From Octopus vulgaris (Eukaryota), in the NCBI GenBank assembly GCA_951406725.2, contig OX597827.1, positions 38,440,001-38,504,000 on the forward strand: DNA of 64,000 bases, given 5' to 3'. Position 1 is the stretch's first letter, and each line of letters opens with the position of its first letter. A program made the position numbers and the translations under genes. A model generated the notes under the pieces. The model made no database searches, was not told the DNA's origin, and saw only the letters and a list, made by a program, of their open reading frames with translations. Positions 13,569-25,741 of the stretch are shown one piece after another.

Positions 13569-13644
<76 letters not shown>

Positions 13645-13694
13645 CCTCTCTCTCTATATATGTGTGTGTGTGTACATACATACATGCATGCATA

Positions 13695-13769
<75 letters not shown>

Positions 13770-14130
13770 GGCGCAAGAGTGGCTGTGTGGTAAGTAGCTT
13801 GCTTACCAACAACATAGTTGTAGATTCCGTCCCACTGCATGGCACCTTGGGCAAGTGTCTTCTATTATAGCCTCAGGCCAACCAAAGCCTTGTGAGTGGA
13901 TTTGGTAGACGGAAACTGAAAGAAGCCCGTCGTATGTTTGTGCGTGTCTCCCCAATGTCGCTTGACAACTGATGCTGGTGTGTTTGCATCCCCGTAACTT
14001 AGCAGTTCTGCGAAAGAGACCAATAGAATAAGTACTAGGCTTACAAAGAATTAGTCCTGGGGTCGATTTATTCGACTGAAGGTAGTGCTCTAGCATGGCT
14101 GCAGTCAAAAATGACTGAAACAACTAAAAG
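13770..14130 (+). mobile_element. tRNA-derived SINE family A, full length
   Basis: A box TGGCTGTGTGG, B-box-like AGATTCCGTCC, body GGCACCTTGGGCAAGTGTCTTCT..GGAAACTGAAAGAAGCCCGTC, tail ATGACTGAAACAA; many copies in the window. Confidence 0.9.
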
Positions 14131-15130
14131 AATATATATATATATATATATATAGGCATGGCAGGTGAAACCAACTGAAGGTGGCTGTGGTTAACAAGAG
14201 ACCACAAATGGAGCCCTTCTGCAGGCAAAGATTAATTCAGTCCTTGCTACTTGCCCCACTCAGGTGAAGCATGCAGGTTAAGATGTGCCATGCTTCAGAA
14301 CCTGTGTTGCCTGCTGACAAGACATAGGATTTCCAACATTGCAATGGATTCAGAAAGAAGCTTGCAATACCTCTGAATGGCTTTGGAACAAAGAGCTTCT
14401 GATGTGTTATTTCCTTACCTATGCACAAGAAAATGGTGCTTCTTTTCTCTGTGTATAAAATTTGTGGAGAAATCTCAAACCTCACTGTCCAGCATCCCCT
14501 GTTGTTGAGTTTCAAAGTCTACATCATTCCATATTCCTCTGAAACATTATATGTTCTGAGTTCAAATGCTTCTGAGTTCAAATTTAATCTGGCAAGGATG
14601 GAAGAGGCAGCAGAAAGAGCCTGTTGCTGGTTATGGAGCAAGAGAGATGAGTTAAGCTAGAAAACCAGGAGTAGATGATGAACAGTGATATGGCCACCTC
14701 TGCTGATCCACCAACAGGAGAGTGTTGTTACAGTTCAGGTTCGAAACACCTGATGAACATTGGATACCCTCTGATGACATCAGTTCTTTCTAGCCACAGC
14801 TCCATTCAGTTTGGTGAGTGGAAAAGAAGCACCTTCTTCTAAGTGTTATCAATAACATAATATAATATACACATTCATACATACATACATACGTACACAC
14901 ACTTATATATATATACATGCACACACATACATATATATGCTCACACATACAGGAATAAAGATACCCAGTGACTATTGGATGATCAAGCTGATCTAAATGT
15001 TGCATAGATGTAAAATAAACAACAAAATATCTCCAGTGATGGGGTTAATAGCCTGAAAAATTATCTAATATCATACTAAACTGTTTTCCCATGAGACAAA
15101 TCTTTTTAATCTCTCTCTCTCTCTCTCTCT

Positions 15131-15166
<36 letters not shown>

Positions 15167-15174
15167 TTACAAAC

Positions 15175-15230
<56 letters not shown>

Positions 15231-15448
15231 TATATATGTATACATGTATACACACACACACATTATCTCTCTTCCAATTGTTTCTATTTAGCCTTTATTT
15301 ATGAAGTAGTAATGGATGGGGAGGGTATTTTTTTTAGAGTTATCTTTGTTTTTGTTTAATATTTCATAAATGGCCATTGGCAGATTATATTACTATCATC
15401 ATCATCTTTATTATTTTCATCATCATCATCATCATCATCTTTATTATT

Positions 15449-15480
<32 letters not shown>

Positions 15481-15713
15481 TATTATGGAGTGGTAGAACC
15501 ATTAGAGCATAAGAAAAACACTTTGCAGTATTTATTCTCACCTTTTACGTTCTGAGTTCAAATTGTGTTGAGGTCAGCTTTATCTTCCCTCGGGGTTCAT
15601 AAATAAAGTAGCTGTCTTATACTGTGTTCAATAGTATCGACTTCCCTCCTACCCTCAAATTAGCTGTCCTTGTGCCTCAATCAGCAATTATTATTAGTAG
15701 TAGTATTGGTATT

Positions 15714-15857
15714 GCATGAGAGAGCAGCACATGCCATCAAAGTGACACTGAGGTGCAAATATATAAAGCCCAATATACCCATCACGATAAGGGTACACCA
15801 GGTACATACATCACAACCGTATGTGTGCAACGTGGTAATCTCATATGATGGACAGCA
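15714..15857 (-). mobile_element. Truncated copy of the 557-bp TAA-associated element X
   Basis: Homologous to about 41770-41930. Confidence 0.75.
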
Positions 15858-15861
15858 TTAA

Positions 15862-16082
15862 CCCTTCTGTTACCATATTTATTTTGAGATGCACATGTTT
15901 CTTTCAATTAATTTTAAATGTAACAAAGAATTTAGTAAAATAACTTAGTTATCATTAAGCTAGTGTTAGGAACATAAATTGCAACTAAGGTTTGGTGGAA
16001 GATTTTAATTCAAAACTTATGAAAACAAGACATTTGTACTACAGAGCCAGAGGCGGTTTCAGCCAGGTTGGTATCAAAAGGG
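15862..16082. mobile_element. piggyBac-type MITE
   Basis: TTAA on both sides; TIRs CCCTTCTGTTACCA / TGGTATCAAAAGGG. Confidence 0.85.
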
Positions 16083-16362
16083 TTAAAAGGATGAAAAATA
16101 AAGTTGATTGTAGCAGATTGTAGCAGAATGAAATGTCGCTAAGATTTGTCCAGCATGAATTTGGTAGCTGGAAACTGTAGTAGGAGACACTTTCACAAGG
16201 TGCCATGCAGTTAGTTTGAACCTGAAATCACTTGGTTTGGGAGGAAACTTCTTAACCACACAGCTACATATATACTTCTTTGAAACCATAAAGCCATAAA
16301 ATTGTTTTGGGGGGTTTTTCTTTTTCATTTTTATGCATACATGTATGTATGTGTGTGTGTGC

Positions 16363-16394
<32 letters not shown>

Positions 16395-16438
16395 TGTTCA
16401 TGTTTTGTAGCTATTATATTAGTTTCCTTTGTAGTCCC

Positions 16439-16667
16439 TGGACAGATAGTTTTGTAATAATTTTTCTTGTTGCTGAAAACTTCTGTATTTGGTGCAAATT
16501 CAATCTTTCTGTTTGATCTGGAATGATGAAATTCTAAATGCAGTTATTATTTTTCTTGTTTTCCCATCTTGTCTTTCTAAGTCGACTTTCAGTGCATTAT
16601 TGAAACCTGTAGACTATCAATACCTATTACTTAAACTTCTAGCTTTTAAGTGTTATCCTAAGTATTT
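16439..16667 (+). repeat. 229-bp segment duplicated in inverted orientation at 42699-42929
   Basis: Direct comparison shows one substitution and one 2-nt indel. Confidence 0.9.
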
Positions 16668-16674
16668 ATTATTA

Positions 16675-16729
<55 letters not shown>

Positions 16730-16746
16730 TATCATTATTATTATTA

Positions 16747-16777
<31 letters not shown>

Positions 16778-16778
<1 letters not shown>

Positions 16779-16962
16779 GACGTCACACAGTATATACCAT
16801 GAGGTTGTCGATTGAAGATATTGTGTCTACCGGGGGTTTGTACAGTTTGCCAAGTCACAACAAGGACCTCAAACAGACAGTACTTTACACAATACGTGTG
16901 CCGTTCCAAGTAATGCCGACTTTTGCAATACATCTAGATTGTAGGGTATTTCTAAGGTTTTA
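16778..16962 (-). mobile_element. Dong/R4-like LINE 3' fragment
   Basis: Minus strand LQKSALLGTAHVL..VLSV*; same family as 6907-7143; abuts (TAA)n. Confidence 0.75.
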
Positions 16963-17054
16963 ACTTTCGTCCTGTGTTTTGTCCCTCTATGTTTTAAATG
17001 AGTTTTGTTAGCCCTTGTGGCCAATAAACAAACAAATTATTATTATTATTATTA

Positions 17055-17480
17055 GAGTGGTGAGCTGATAGGAACATCAATATGCCAGGTAAAATGCTTA
17101 GCGGCATTTCATCTGTTTTCACATTCTGTGTTCAAATTCCACCAAGACCAACATAGCCTTTCATCCCTTCAGGGTTGATAAAAATAAGTACTAGATGTAA
17201 TCAACTAGTCCCCTCCCCCAAAATTTCAGGCTTTGTGCATTTAGTAGAAAAGATTATTATTATTATTATTATTATTATTAGGGTGACGAGCTGGCAGGAA
17301 CGTTAATACACTGGGTGAAATGCTTAGTGGCATTTTGTCCATCTTCATGTTCAGGGTTCAAATTTAGCCTTTCATCCTTTCAGGGTCGATAAACTAAGTA
17401 CCAATCGAGCACTGGGGTCAATGTAATCAACTTAACCCCTCCCACAAAATTGCTAGTTTTGTGCCAAAATTTGAAATCAT
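17055..17480 (+). mobile_element. Two tandem family B SINEs
   Basis: Family B head and central block twice, separated by (ATT)n. Confidence 0.8.
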
Positions 17481-17489
17481 TATTATTAT

Positions 17490-17836
17490 TTTTTGCTTTT
17501 AATCTATGTTTGTTAGTCATTTGCCAAGACACACCCAGTGTCCTTGAGCAAGTGAAGGATAAGAAATGTTACAGTATGACTGAAAACTTGGGAAGGGGGA
17601 AGTAGAAAATATCTTCATGTAATACAACACAGACATTTAAATGGATAGGGTTTTTCTAAGGATGTGGGCAGTACTTGTCAGTACAATCTTCTTGGTTTCT
17701 CTGAGACATGGTTCTCCTGGGATCTTATCTAAATGTTTCTGACATCCCTTTTTTTATCATACCTAGGGCACCTACAATAACAGGAACAGTTCTCGTTTTA
17801 AGATGCCACATCTTTTGTATTTCAATTTCCAGGTCC

Positions 17837-17837
<1 letters not shown>
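17490..17837 (-). mobile_element. Dong/R4-like LINE 3' fragment
   Basis: KDLEIEIQKMWHLKTRTVPVIVGALGMIKK, typical of the RLE C-terminus; flanked by (TAA)n. Confidence 0.8.
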
Positions 17838-17871
<34 letters not shown>

Positions 17872-17976
17872 TTTATCATCATCATTATTATTATTATTAT
17901 TACTACTACTACTACTATCATCATCATCATCATCATCATTGTTATTTTTTTCCACATTGTTTTTATATATGCACAG

Positions 17977-18270
17977 GTCAGGGGTCGCCCACCCCTCAGG
18001 CTACTGTGCAACACCAGCAGCAGCAGCAGCAAAAGGGTGGTGGCAGTGGTGGTGGCGTCGTGCCCTCAGTTCTGACAGGGGGCACTGGCGGAGCAAGTGC
18101 TGGGACAGCGGGCATGCCGGGTCCTACACTGCAGCAACTCTCCCTACCTTCTCCGTCCCACCACCACCAACAACAAGCACATCAACAACAACAGCAACAA
18201 CAGCAGCAGCAGCAGCCCGTCTCCTCACCCACAGTACAGACTGCGGCCGGACATGATTTGAACCGACCTA
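17977..18270 (+). CDS. SMAD4: Smad4/Medea Gln/Gly/His-rich linker exon, 294 nt, phase 1-1
   Basis: Acceptor ttttatatatgcacag, donor CTA|gtgagt; GC-rich open frame GQGSPTPQATVQHQQQQQQKGGGSGGG...DLNRP; mixed CAA/CAG codons. Confidence 0.85.
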
Positions 18271-18471
18271 GTGAGTCCTTCCAGCCCCGTCATAATCACC
18301 TTCACCATCATCATCATCATCATCTTCATCATCATCATCATCTGCTATATAGATACACATAATCCATGGATGCATGCATGTGCTAGTGTGCATATGTGTT
18401 TCTGTGTGTATATGTATGTGCATATATGTGTGTGTGGGGTATATTTCTGTGCGTGTAGATGTGTGTGTGTG

Positions 18472-18519
<48 letters not shown>

Positions 18520-19045
18520 ATATATATATGTATATGTATATGTATATATATATACACACACACACCCACACACACACATACAAACAAATATGCATAGACT
18601 TATTTTTATATGCTGAAGTATGCATGTGTGTGTGTGTGTATATATACACACACAAACATGTGTAAATATATATATATATATATACTCACACACATATACA
18701 TATATACATAGGCACACACACGCATTCAGTCATACATGCACACAATCATTTGTGTGTATTTTACAAACCTAACTTTTAGCAATTCTTTCTACTCTCTTTC
18801 TGCCTGTTGCTCTCTCTGTCTCTCTCTCTCTCTCACTCTATCTCATTTTTAATCATCTGTTTCTGTAACTCTTCTGCCTCCACCTTGCTTTCTTCCTTTT
18901 TTTTTCTTCTTCTCCGTTCCTCAATCTCCGCTCTAATTTAACATCAGCCTTCTTCTTTAACCACTACTACTACTACTACCATTGCTGCTGCTACTAACAT
19001 TCATCTTTCCCCCACCGTCTCCTCCCTCCGCCGTGGCCATTGCAG

Positions 19046-19180
19046 ACTGCAAGACATCATCTAAGGAAACTCAGCCAGCACCATTACCACCACCCCTGCC
19101 CAAAAAGCACCCTCAGTTATTTTACCCTCCCATCTCCTCTGCCACCGATACTCTACCACCTCAGGCCTGTCTGTCTGTTT
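19046..19180 (+). CDS. SMAD4: Probable (alternative) Pro-rich linker exon, 135 nt, phase 1-1
   Basis: TACTAAC branch point near 18992, pyrimidine tract, acceptor ttgcag, donor TTT|gtatgt; frame CKTSSKETQPAPLPPPLPKKHPQLFYPPISSATDTLPPQACLSV. Confidence 0.6.
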
Positions 19181-19642
19181 GTATGTCCACTGCATATGCA
19201 ACCTAACATAACATAGGCAACTAAGCATACCATGGCTTCTTTTTGTTTTTGATTTTTTTCTTTTTCCTTGTTCTTTTACTAACAACCATAACGTTTGTTT
19301 CTAATTATGCACCCAACTCTCCCTGGCCCCTCTGCTTCAAAATCTACTTAACATTCTTTTTTTCCAAACAATTTTGGGTTGTTTTTTTTTATATATTGTT
19401 CATGCATCTTTAATTTACCTTAACTCATTCATTTGGTGTGTGTGTGTGTGTTTGTGTATAAACAATAGATTATTTAGAGAGATTCAATTGACAATCTAAT
19501 AATTTATTTATATTATAACATAGTATACTAGTTTGTTACTTTAATATATATATATGTGTGTATGTATGTATATTGTGAATAGATATTCAGATCACTTCAG
19601 ATAGTCTACTTTCATATGGAGAAGCTTACCATAAATACATCT

Positions 19643-19688
<46 letters not shown>

Positions 19689-19696
19689 GACACGAG

Positions 19697-19731
<35 letters not shown>

Positions 19732-19734
19732 CAC

Positions 19735-19787
<53 letters not shown>

Positions 19788-20380
19788 ATTTGCATACACA
19801 CACACACATTCACACACATATATATTTAAAGCTGATGATTTATTTAGTCATTACTCACAGTTTCTTCTCATTCTATCCAATCTTTTGGTAGTAACAAAAA
19901 AGATATTTTTGTCAGTTGCAAGATTGCACATAATATGAAACTCTGAGTATCAAGAGACTGCATGTATCATCAACTTTGAGAGAAAACATAAACTCTCCAT
20001 CATGTATTGAACACTCTATGTCCAACTACACACTGTCTCTATCCCTCTCTCTCTCTCTCACTCACTTGTACACACGTTTTTAGAAAGATTGGCCATGTGT
20101 TGTTTCTAGCAGAATAACAGTTGAACAGTAGATTGTCTTGTGTATTTTGGAAGTGTTTGAAGGAAATGAAAAAAGTGTTTTATTGTTGCACCCTGTGAGG
20201 CTGAACAACTGTTAGATGAAGGGCTACTGGGAATAATACAGCGCAAAAGAATCCAAAGGCCCAGTTTTCTATAACACAACAGTAACAAAATATATTAAGT
20301 TATCTATTCCATCGATTGCTTTGACTTAATTTTTCTCAGGCCATATGGTGATGGTTACTGAGTTCTTAAATATTAAAGTT

Positions 20381-20851
20381 TGATGCTTCTTAACCAGGGT
20401 CCATATAAGATTTTATTGTTAAAACTTATGTGCAATAAATTGTTTATATTTCTAAAATGAACAAAATCTTTTGACAATTTTTTTTATACAATTCCTAATA
20501 ATATTTAATTATAAAAATATAATATGATCTTTAATGTTTATCACCACTTCAACATGGCTGTTCTGTAGGAACCAACATTACTACCATTTTAACTCCAGGA
20601 AGATGCTTTCTCCAGCTGGTTCAATGCATTGACTAACCGGCTGGAAGAGGTATTCTCCTAGGGTTAAAATGGTAGTAACATTAGTTTGTATGGAACAGTC
20701 ATGTTGAAGTAGCAATAAACACTACTTCTCAGTACAGTTATTGCTTTCATCTCTTATAGAGATTTTCTGACTAGCTAAAATGATTTTTATTTAACATAGA
20801 ATAGTTATGAGGGTCAAGGGTCAATCAGTAAAAAATGGCTGATAAACACTG
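20381..20851. mobile_element. hAT (Charlie-like) MITE interrupted by a fold-back insertion
   Basis: Homologous to 55223-55479 and 61281-61586; palindromic insert at 20535-20721. Confidence 0.65.
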
Positions 20852-22897
20852 CTTTAGAGTTACAAATCTCTTCATTCACTATATTCAGTACAACTTCATG
20901 TTGGTGGTCAGATTTTTTCGCTTTTACTTCATTCACCCATCTTTTATGGACATGTGAAGTGGGCAATATTATAATATTATAATATCAGTAATGGAATTCA
21001 CATTTGATCAAAGCAAGAATCTTTTCTTATCTGCTTTTGCTTGATCTAGTAACTACTGCAGCCTTGTCTATCAGCTCTCTCTTTCTATCTCTATCTATCT
21101 ATCTACCTATCTATCTATCTATCAATGTCATCAAACTTCATATTTATAAATTGGATTCACACAAGGTAGCAAGTGTGCTGTTGTCTGTTTGTGTTTTTCA
21201 CCCAAGCTAAATGGAATCTTCCTCAAGAAGTGCTTCACCATCTTTTAAAACAAGGTCTACAATTGACAACATCAGTGTTTATATGCATGCAATTTGATTT
21301 CCAATGCTTGCATTGAAACACTTCTGTTCTGTCGTAGTCTCATGAAGCCTGGACAATAACAAAAAAATGAACAGCTAATTGAAAACTTTCTCAGCTGAAT
21401 TTTACTTTCAAAAAGACTTTGATTTACAATGAATATGTCTTAGGAAGTTAAAATAACCCTGACCAAGCTTCAAATCATCTCTTCTCTCAAGATACAGAGC
21501 CATATTGTGCTGGAAAAGCCTATGTGAAAAACATCCATTTCACAATCTACTAATGATTCAGGTAGATTCTATATGATACTTAATGAAGCTGCTGACCTTC
21601 TCACAGATAAGGATCAATGGTAAAAGCAGATTAGTCTATTTTAATGCACAACATGACTTCTGTTGTGGATTGTCCCTTATGAAAAGCAGAAGAGGGTGTT
21701 CAAAAGAAAAGCAAAAAACAATGCATTTTGCTCATTCTCATTCGACAAATTTTATGCTATATATAAAAATATTGAAATATAGACCAAATATATCAGTGAT
21801 GTAGTATTCTATGTAGCTGCTGCTCTATTGGATCAGTGTTGCCATCAAAATCCTCTTTTCTTTAAAAATAAAGACCACCATCATCATCATCATTTTCATT
21901 TAACACCCATTTTCCATCCGTTTTTGATGCTGGTATAGGTTGGGTGGTTTGAAAGGAGCTGGCAAACCAGAGGGCTGCATCAGGTTCCAGTTATCTGTTT
22001 TGGCATGGTTTCTATGTCTGGATGCCCTTCCTAACACCAACCACTTTCCTGAGTGTACTGGGTGCTATTTACATGGCATATACTAACCAGCCTGTAAAAC
22101 AAATGACAGGATAGTCATGGTTTGTTTGGCTTTGATCATAAGTCTACTGAATATGGATGAACCTAGAGCTAAACTGAAAAGATAATGAATGCTTTCCTTA
22201 TATGTAGTCAAATGACTGGAATTTCAAATTTCAAACAATCCCACTTTTTACAGGTTTAGATGAAAACACTTCTCAGAATGGATAATGTTTTTGAAAAGTA
22301 TAGAATTCACAGAAAGATATTTTTTCAAAAATTGGCAGAATCATGAGAATATGACATAAAAAAAATAAAGAATTAATAAATGAATCATTGCTATTACATA
22401 CCCACCATACACAATTTCACGTACTCTATTATTTTGTATTGCTCTTGTTAACATGGTTTGTAATCCCAAATAACATTCACAGTAAGGCTTATAAGATTAT
22501 CATTTTCTTATTATCTTCATTTAATGACATGAAAATATTCTTTAAATATTTACATTTTGACTATATTTGCAACAGTTTGATCTTCAATTTTCATCAGGTG
22601 TCTTATTATCGGGTGTGTACATAGTAGCTGGCTGAATTTGAACAGAGGCGGGGCTCTATTTCTAAACTATGGGTAATACCATTCTTACTCACTCGGTCAC
22701 TGATGCATGTGCCTTGTGAAAGGTCAGTAACAATAAGACATCTGATGATAATCAGAGATCAAATCAATCAAAAATGTAAGTTAGATATAGATGTTGAACA
22801 GATTCTTTTTGAAATTAGTATTGAAGATTTTAAATTACGGAGATGTACTTGCATAGCAAGTGACCTGATCTGAGATCATGTGCTGGAACAAAAACAA

Positions 22898-23102
22898 TTG
22901 CAGCGTGGAAGGTGTTTATAAGCCATTTAAGAAACACACAAAAGCCATTAGATTCACTTCAACATTTAAATTTAATTTGTCAGTGAACAGGTCGCGGTCT
23001 TAAAGCAACGAAAATATTTTGACATTAAATTTAAATGTTGACGTGAATCTAATAGTTTTTGTGTGTTTCTTAAATGGCTTATAAACACCTTCCATGCTGC
23101 AA
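22898..23102. repeat. Long inverted repeat (about 85-bp arms), probably a Penelope-like fold-back
   Basis: TTGCAGCGTGGAAGGTGTTTATAAGCC... pairs with ...GGCTTATAAACACCTTCCATGCTGCAA; the loop holds a hammerhead-like motif. Confidence 0.85.
22978..23024 (+). ncRNA. Minimal type I hammerhead ribozyme-like motif (G3:C8 variant)
   Basis: TGTCA-GTGAACA-G-GTCGC(loop)GCAAC-GAAA-ATAT-TT-TGACA. Confidence 0.5.
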
Positions 23103-23154
23103 AATTTTTAAATATTATTGATTAATGATTCAGCTCACACATTTCAACATATCT

Positions 23155-23560
23155 GTTTATATATACACCTTGCAGATATGATATGCTTATACAAATTTTA
23201 TAAATTGCCATATGTTTGTATACATTTAAATTGTTATATTTTTATATACACCTTATAAATTGTCATACCTTTATATACACCCTATAAATTGTTATACCTT
23301 TATACACACACTATAGATTAACATATATTCGTATGCACACTATAGGTTGTCATTTGTATATACACACTATAGATTATATCATTATATACACACTAGATAA
23401 TGTCATCTTTATATACACTCTTATAGATTATGTCATATGTTAATATACACATAGATTGTCGCATCTTTCTATGCTTAGTACTGATTATTATATTATTGTA
23501 TGTACACTATAGATTATTATGTCATATTTTTATATAGGCATTATAGATTATGCCATATAC
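23155..23560. repeat. Degenerate minisatellite, unit about 25 bp
   Basis: Recurrent TATATACAC(A/C)(C/T)TATAGATTGTCAT-like unit. Confidence 0.7.
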
Positions 23561-24179
23561 TGTTGTGTTGAGGTAAATATACATTGTCGGTCATAGTGAT
23601 CATCTGGAAGAAATTATGGACCTTGCCAGACTTATTGTCCCCATAGTGCATTATATATATATATATATATGAAAGAGAGAATGAGTCTTCAGTAGTGAAC
23701 TGTGATTCATTGACCTGTTAAGGGTTACTGCATTATGGCATATTTTCATTCATTCACCCATACATCCATCCATTCATCCATCCATTTATCCATTCAATCA
23801 TTACTAGAATTCTTTCTGCAGACATCTGGGAATCAATAGAAATGGTGATAATGTCTAGCAGTGTTGACAATCAATAAACCTTGACATAATTTCATTCTCT
23901 TAACGTGTGTGTATGTATGAATGTATGTATGTATGTATGTATGAGTATATACCAATACAGACAGCAACATGTATATACATACGTACATATATATGGCCAC
24001 ATGACATGTATAAACTCTGTGTGAGAACTGCATATGCAAGTGTGTGTGCATGTACACATATATACATACATATACATTCGTACAAAACTGAACCCAAGTG
24101 AGTTACTGCTGAAATTTTGAATTTCTGCTTCTCACTCATATAATACTATTCATTTTATAAATATATATATATATACATT

Positions 24180-24310
24180 TTTATTAATATTTAGCAGAAG
24201 TAACAGAGTGACTGAAGGTTTGAGTGTTTTGTACATTGGCATTTACTTATCAAACGCATGAAACTCTCGGGCCTTCAGTCACTCTGTTACTTCTGCTAAA
24301 TATTAATAAA
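24180..24310. repeat. Inverted repeat with 39-bp perfect arms
   Basis: TTTATTAATATTTAGCAGAAGTAACAGAGTGACTGAAGG and its reverse complement at 24272-24310. Confidence 0.9.
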
Positions 24311-24490
24311 CAATATACATATACTCATATTTTGAGTTCTATTTTTTCTGTTTGCATCAACATATCTAAATATATATATATATATATATAAAATTGAATA
24401 AGGGTAGAAATTAATATTAATCAATTAAAACCAGTGGCCTAGCATATTAAAAAAAATCCGAAGATTAAAATATTTTTTACATACAAAATT

Positions 24491-24630
24491 TAAAGGACTG
24501 ACCACTAAAAGTGGATGGTCAATATGCTAGATATAGATGTCAAAATCGCTATTTTCCACGAAGAATGTGTTCTCAAGATTTTGACGTCTATATCTAGCAT
24601 ATTGACCGTCCACTTTTAGTGGTCAGTCCT

Positions 24631-24633
<3 letters not shown>
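24491..24633. repeat. Inverted repeat with 57-bp arms and a 29-nt loop
   Basis: 24491-24547 versus 24577-24633; two differences, both G.U-compatible on the + strand. Confidence 0.9.
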
Positions 24634-24662
<29 letters not shown>

Positions 24663-25314
24663 GGACGCTAAATGATGATGATGATGATGACACACACACA
24701 CACACATTATATTATTATCATCATTTTTTGCATCCACTTTTTTATGCAGGCTGGAAGGGCTTTTGGAGCCAGTATTTTATTATTTTATAGCCAGATGACC
24801 TCTCCTCCATCCCAACACAAGTCCATGCTCAACTCAGGGCCACGACGTATTCTAAAAAATGCTACACCCACATACACATTCTGAAAACCTGTATGTTTGT
24901 GTAAATCTCTCTGATCTTTACACCTGCAATGTGAATGCCTAAACACATTGATCATTGATGTCAAAAGTTCTATTAACATATTTCTTTCACTGAAGAGTAC
25001 TTCATAAAGTCAACAGTCTCCAGTAATTTGGCAACCTAGCACTGTTTTGTTGTTCTGCATCCTCTCTTCTTCAGCCTCCTCGTTGGCATTGGACTGTTTC
25101 AGTTGAATATATAGATCCTGGTACTTTTTTATGTTAAACTATTTCATCAACATGGTAAAGGGACAGAAAGCAAAGTTCTGTTTAAATCTCTGTTTAAATC
25201 CTTCAATTTCAACACAATGATGGCTAGATTATGGTGCTGAACTTCAAGTTATGTCTTGATTTCTCAAATTCAAAGGCTTTTCCTATTGTTGTTACCAGTT
25301 CTGCAGCCTGGTTA

Positions 25315-25513
25315 TGAGGGATGCTGGAAAATTCCTGGCTTTGGGTAAAAGAAAATACAGGAGGGTCAGTTAATTATTCCCCTCTCACATTCACAAACTT
25401 ATTGCAGCAGTTCTTCAGTTTTTCTAAGCCCTGTAAAAGAACTCTGAAGGCTGTACCTCCAACCAGGCCTTTCACAATACCCACAAAACCAGAAATTTTT
25501 CAGCATCCCCTTG
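25315..25513. mobile_element. mariner-derived MITE
   Basis: TA flanks; TIRs GAGGGATGCTGGAAAATTCCTGG / CCAGAAATTTTTCAGCATCCCC; same family as 27958 and 54720. Confidence 0.8.
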
Positions 25514-25521
25514 TACATTAG

Positions 25522-25741
25522 TCCTTCAATATTTAAACTGGCCATATCCAATCCAAATTTTCTTCTTATTTTATGTTCAAACTGGCTAGATCTGACCTCT
25601 CACAGCTACCATACAATGTTATTCTAAAAATAAATAACCACATCATCATAATCTTGAAGCTTCAAGATAATGCATGATTGATTCAAAATAATATGAATGA
25701 ACAGGTATTGCACCTGACAGAATAATCTGAATGCTAAAGGG
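25522..25741. mobile_element. piggyBac-type MITE (second family)
   Basis: Ends ATGCTAAAGGG|TTAA; homologous to 55853-56071. Confidence 0.75.

Noticed and set aside
13770-13845. tRNA genes (here and at about 31830, 40603 and 59720)
   Set aside because: A/B-box heads of SINEs continuing into repeat bodies; no intact cloverleaf
14735-14790. GAAAC and two CTGATGA hammerhead core words
   Set aside because: No room or complementarity for stems I-III
18271-18362. His-rich extension of ORF 18006-18362
   Set aside because: Lies past a gtgagt donor and is a (CAT)n repeat followed by a stop
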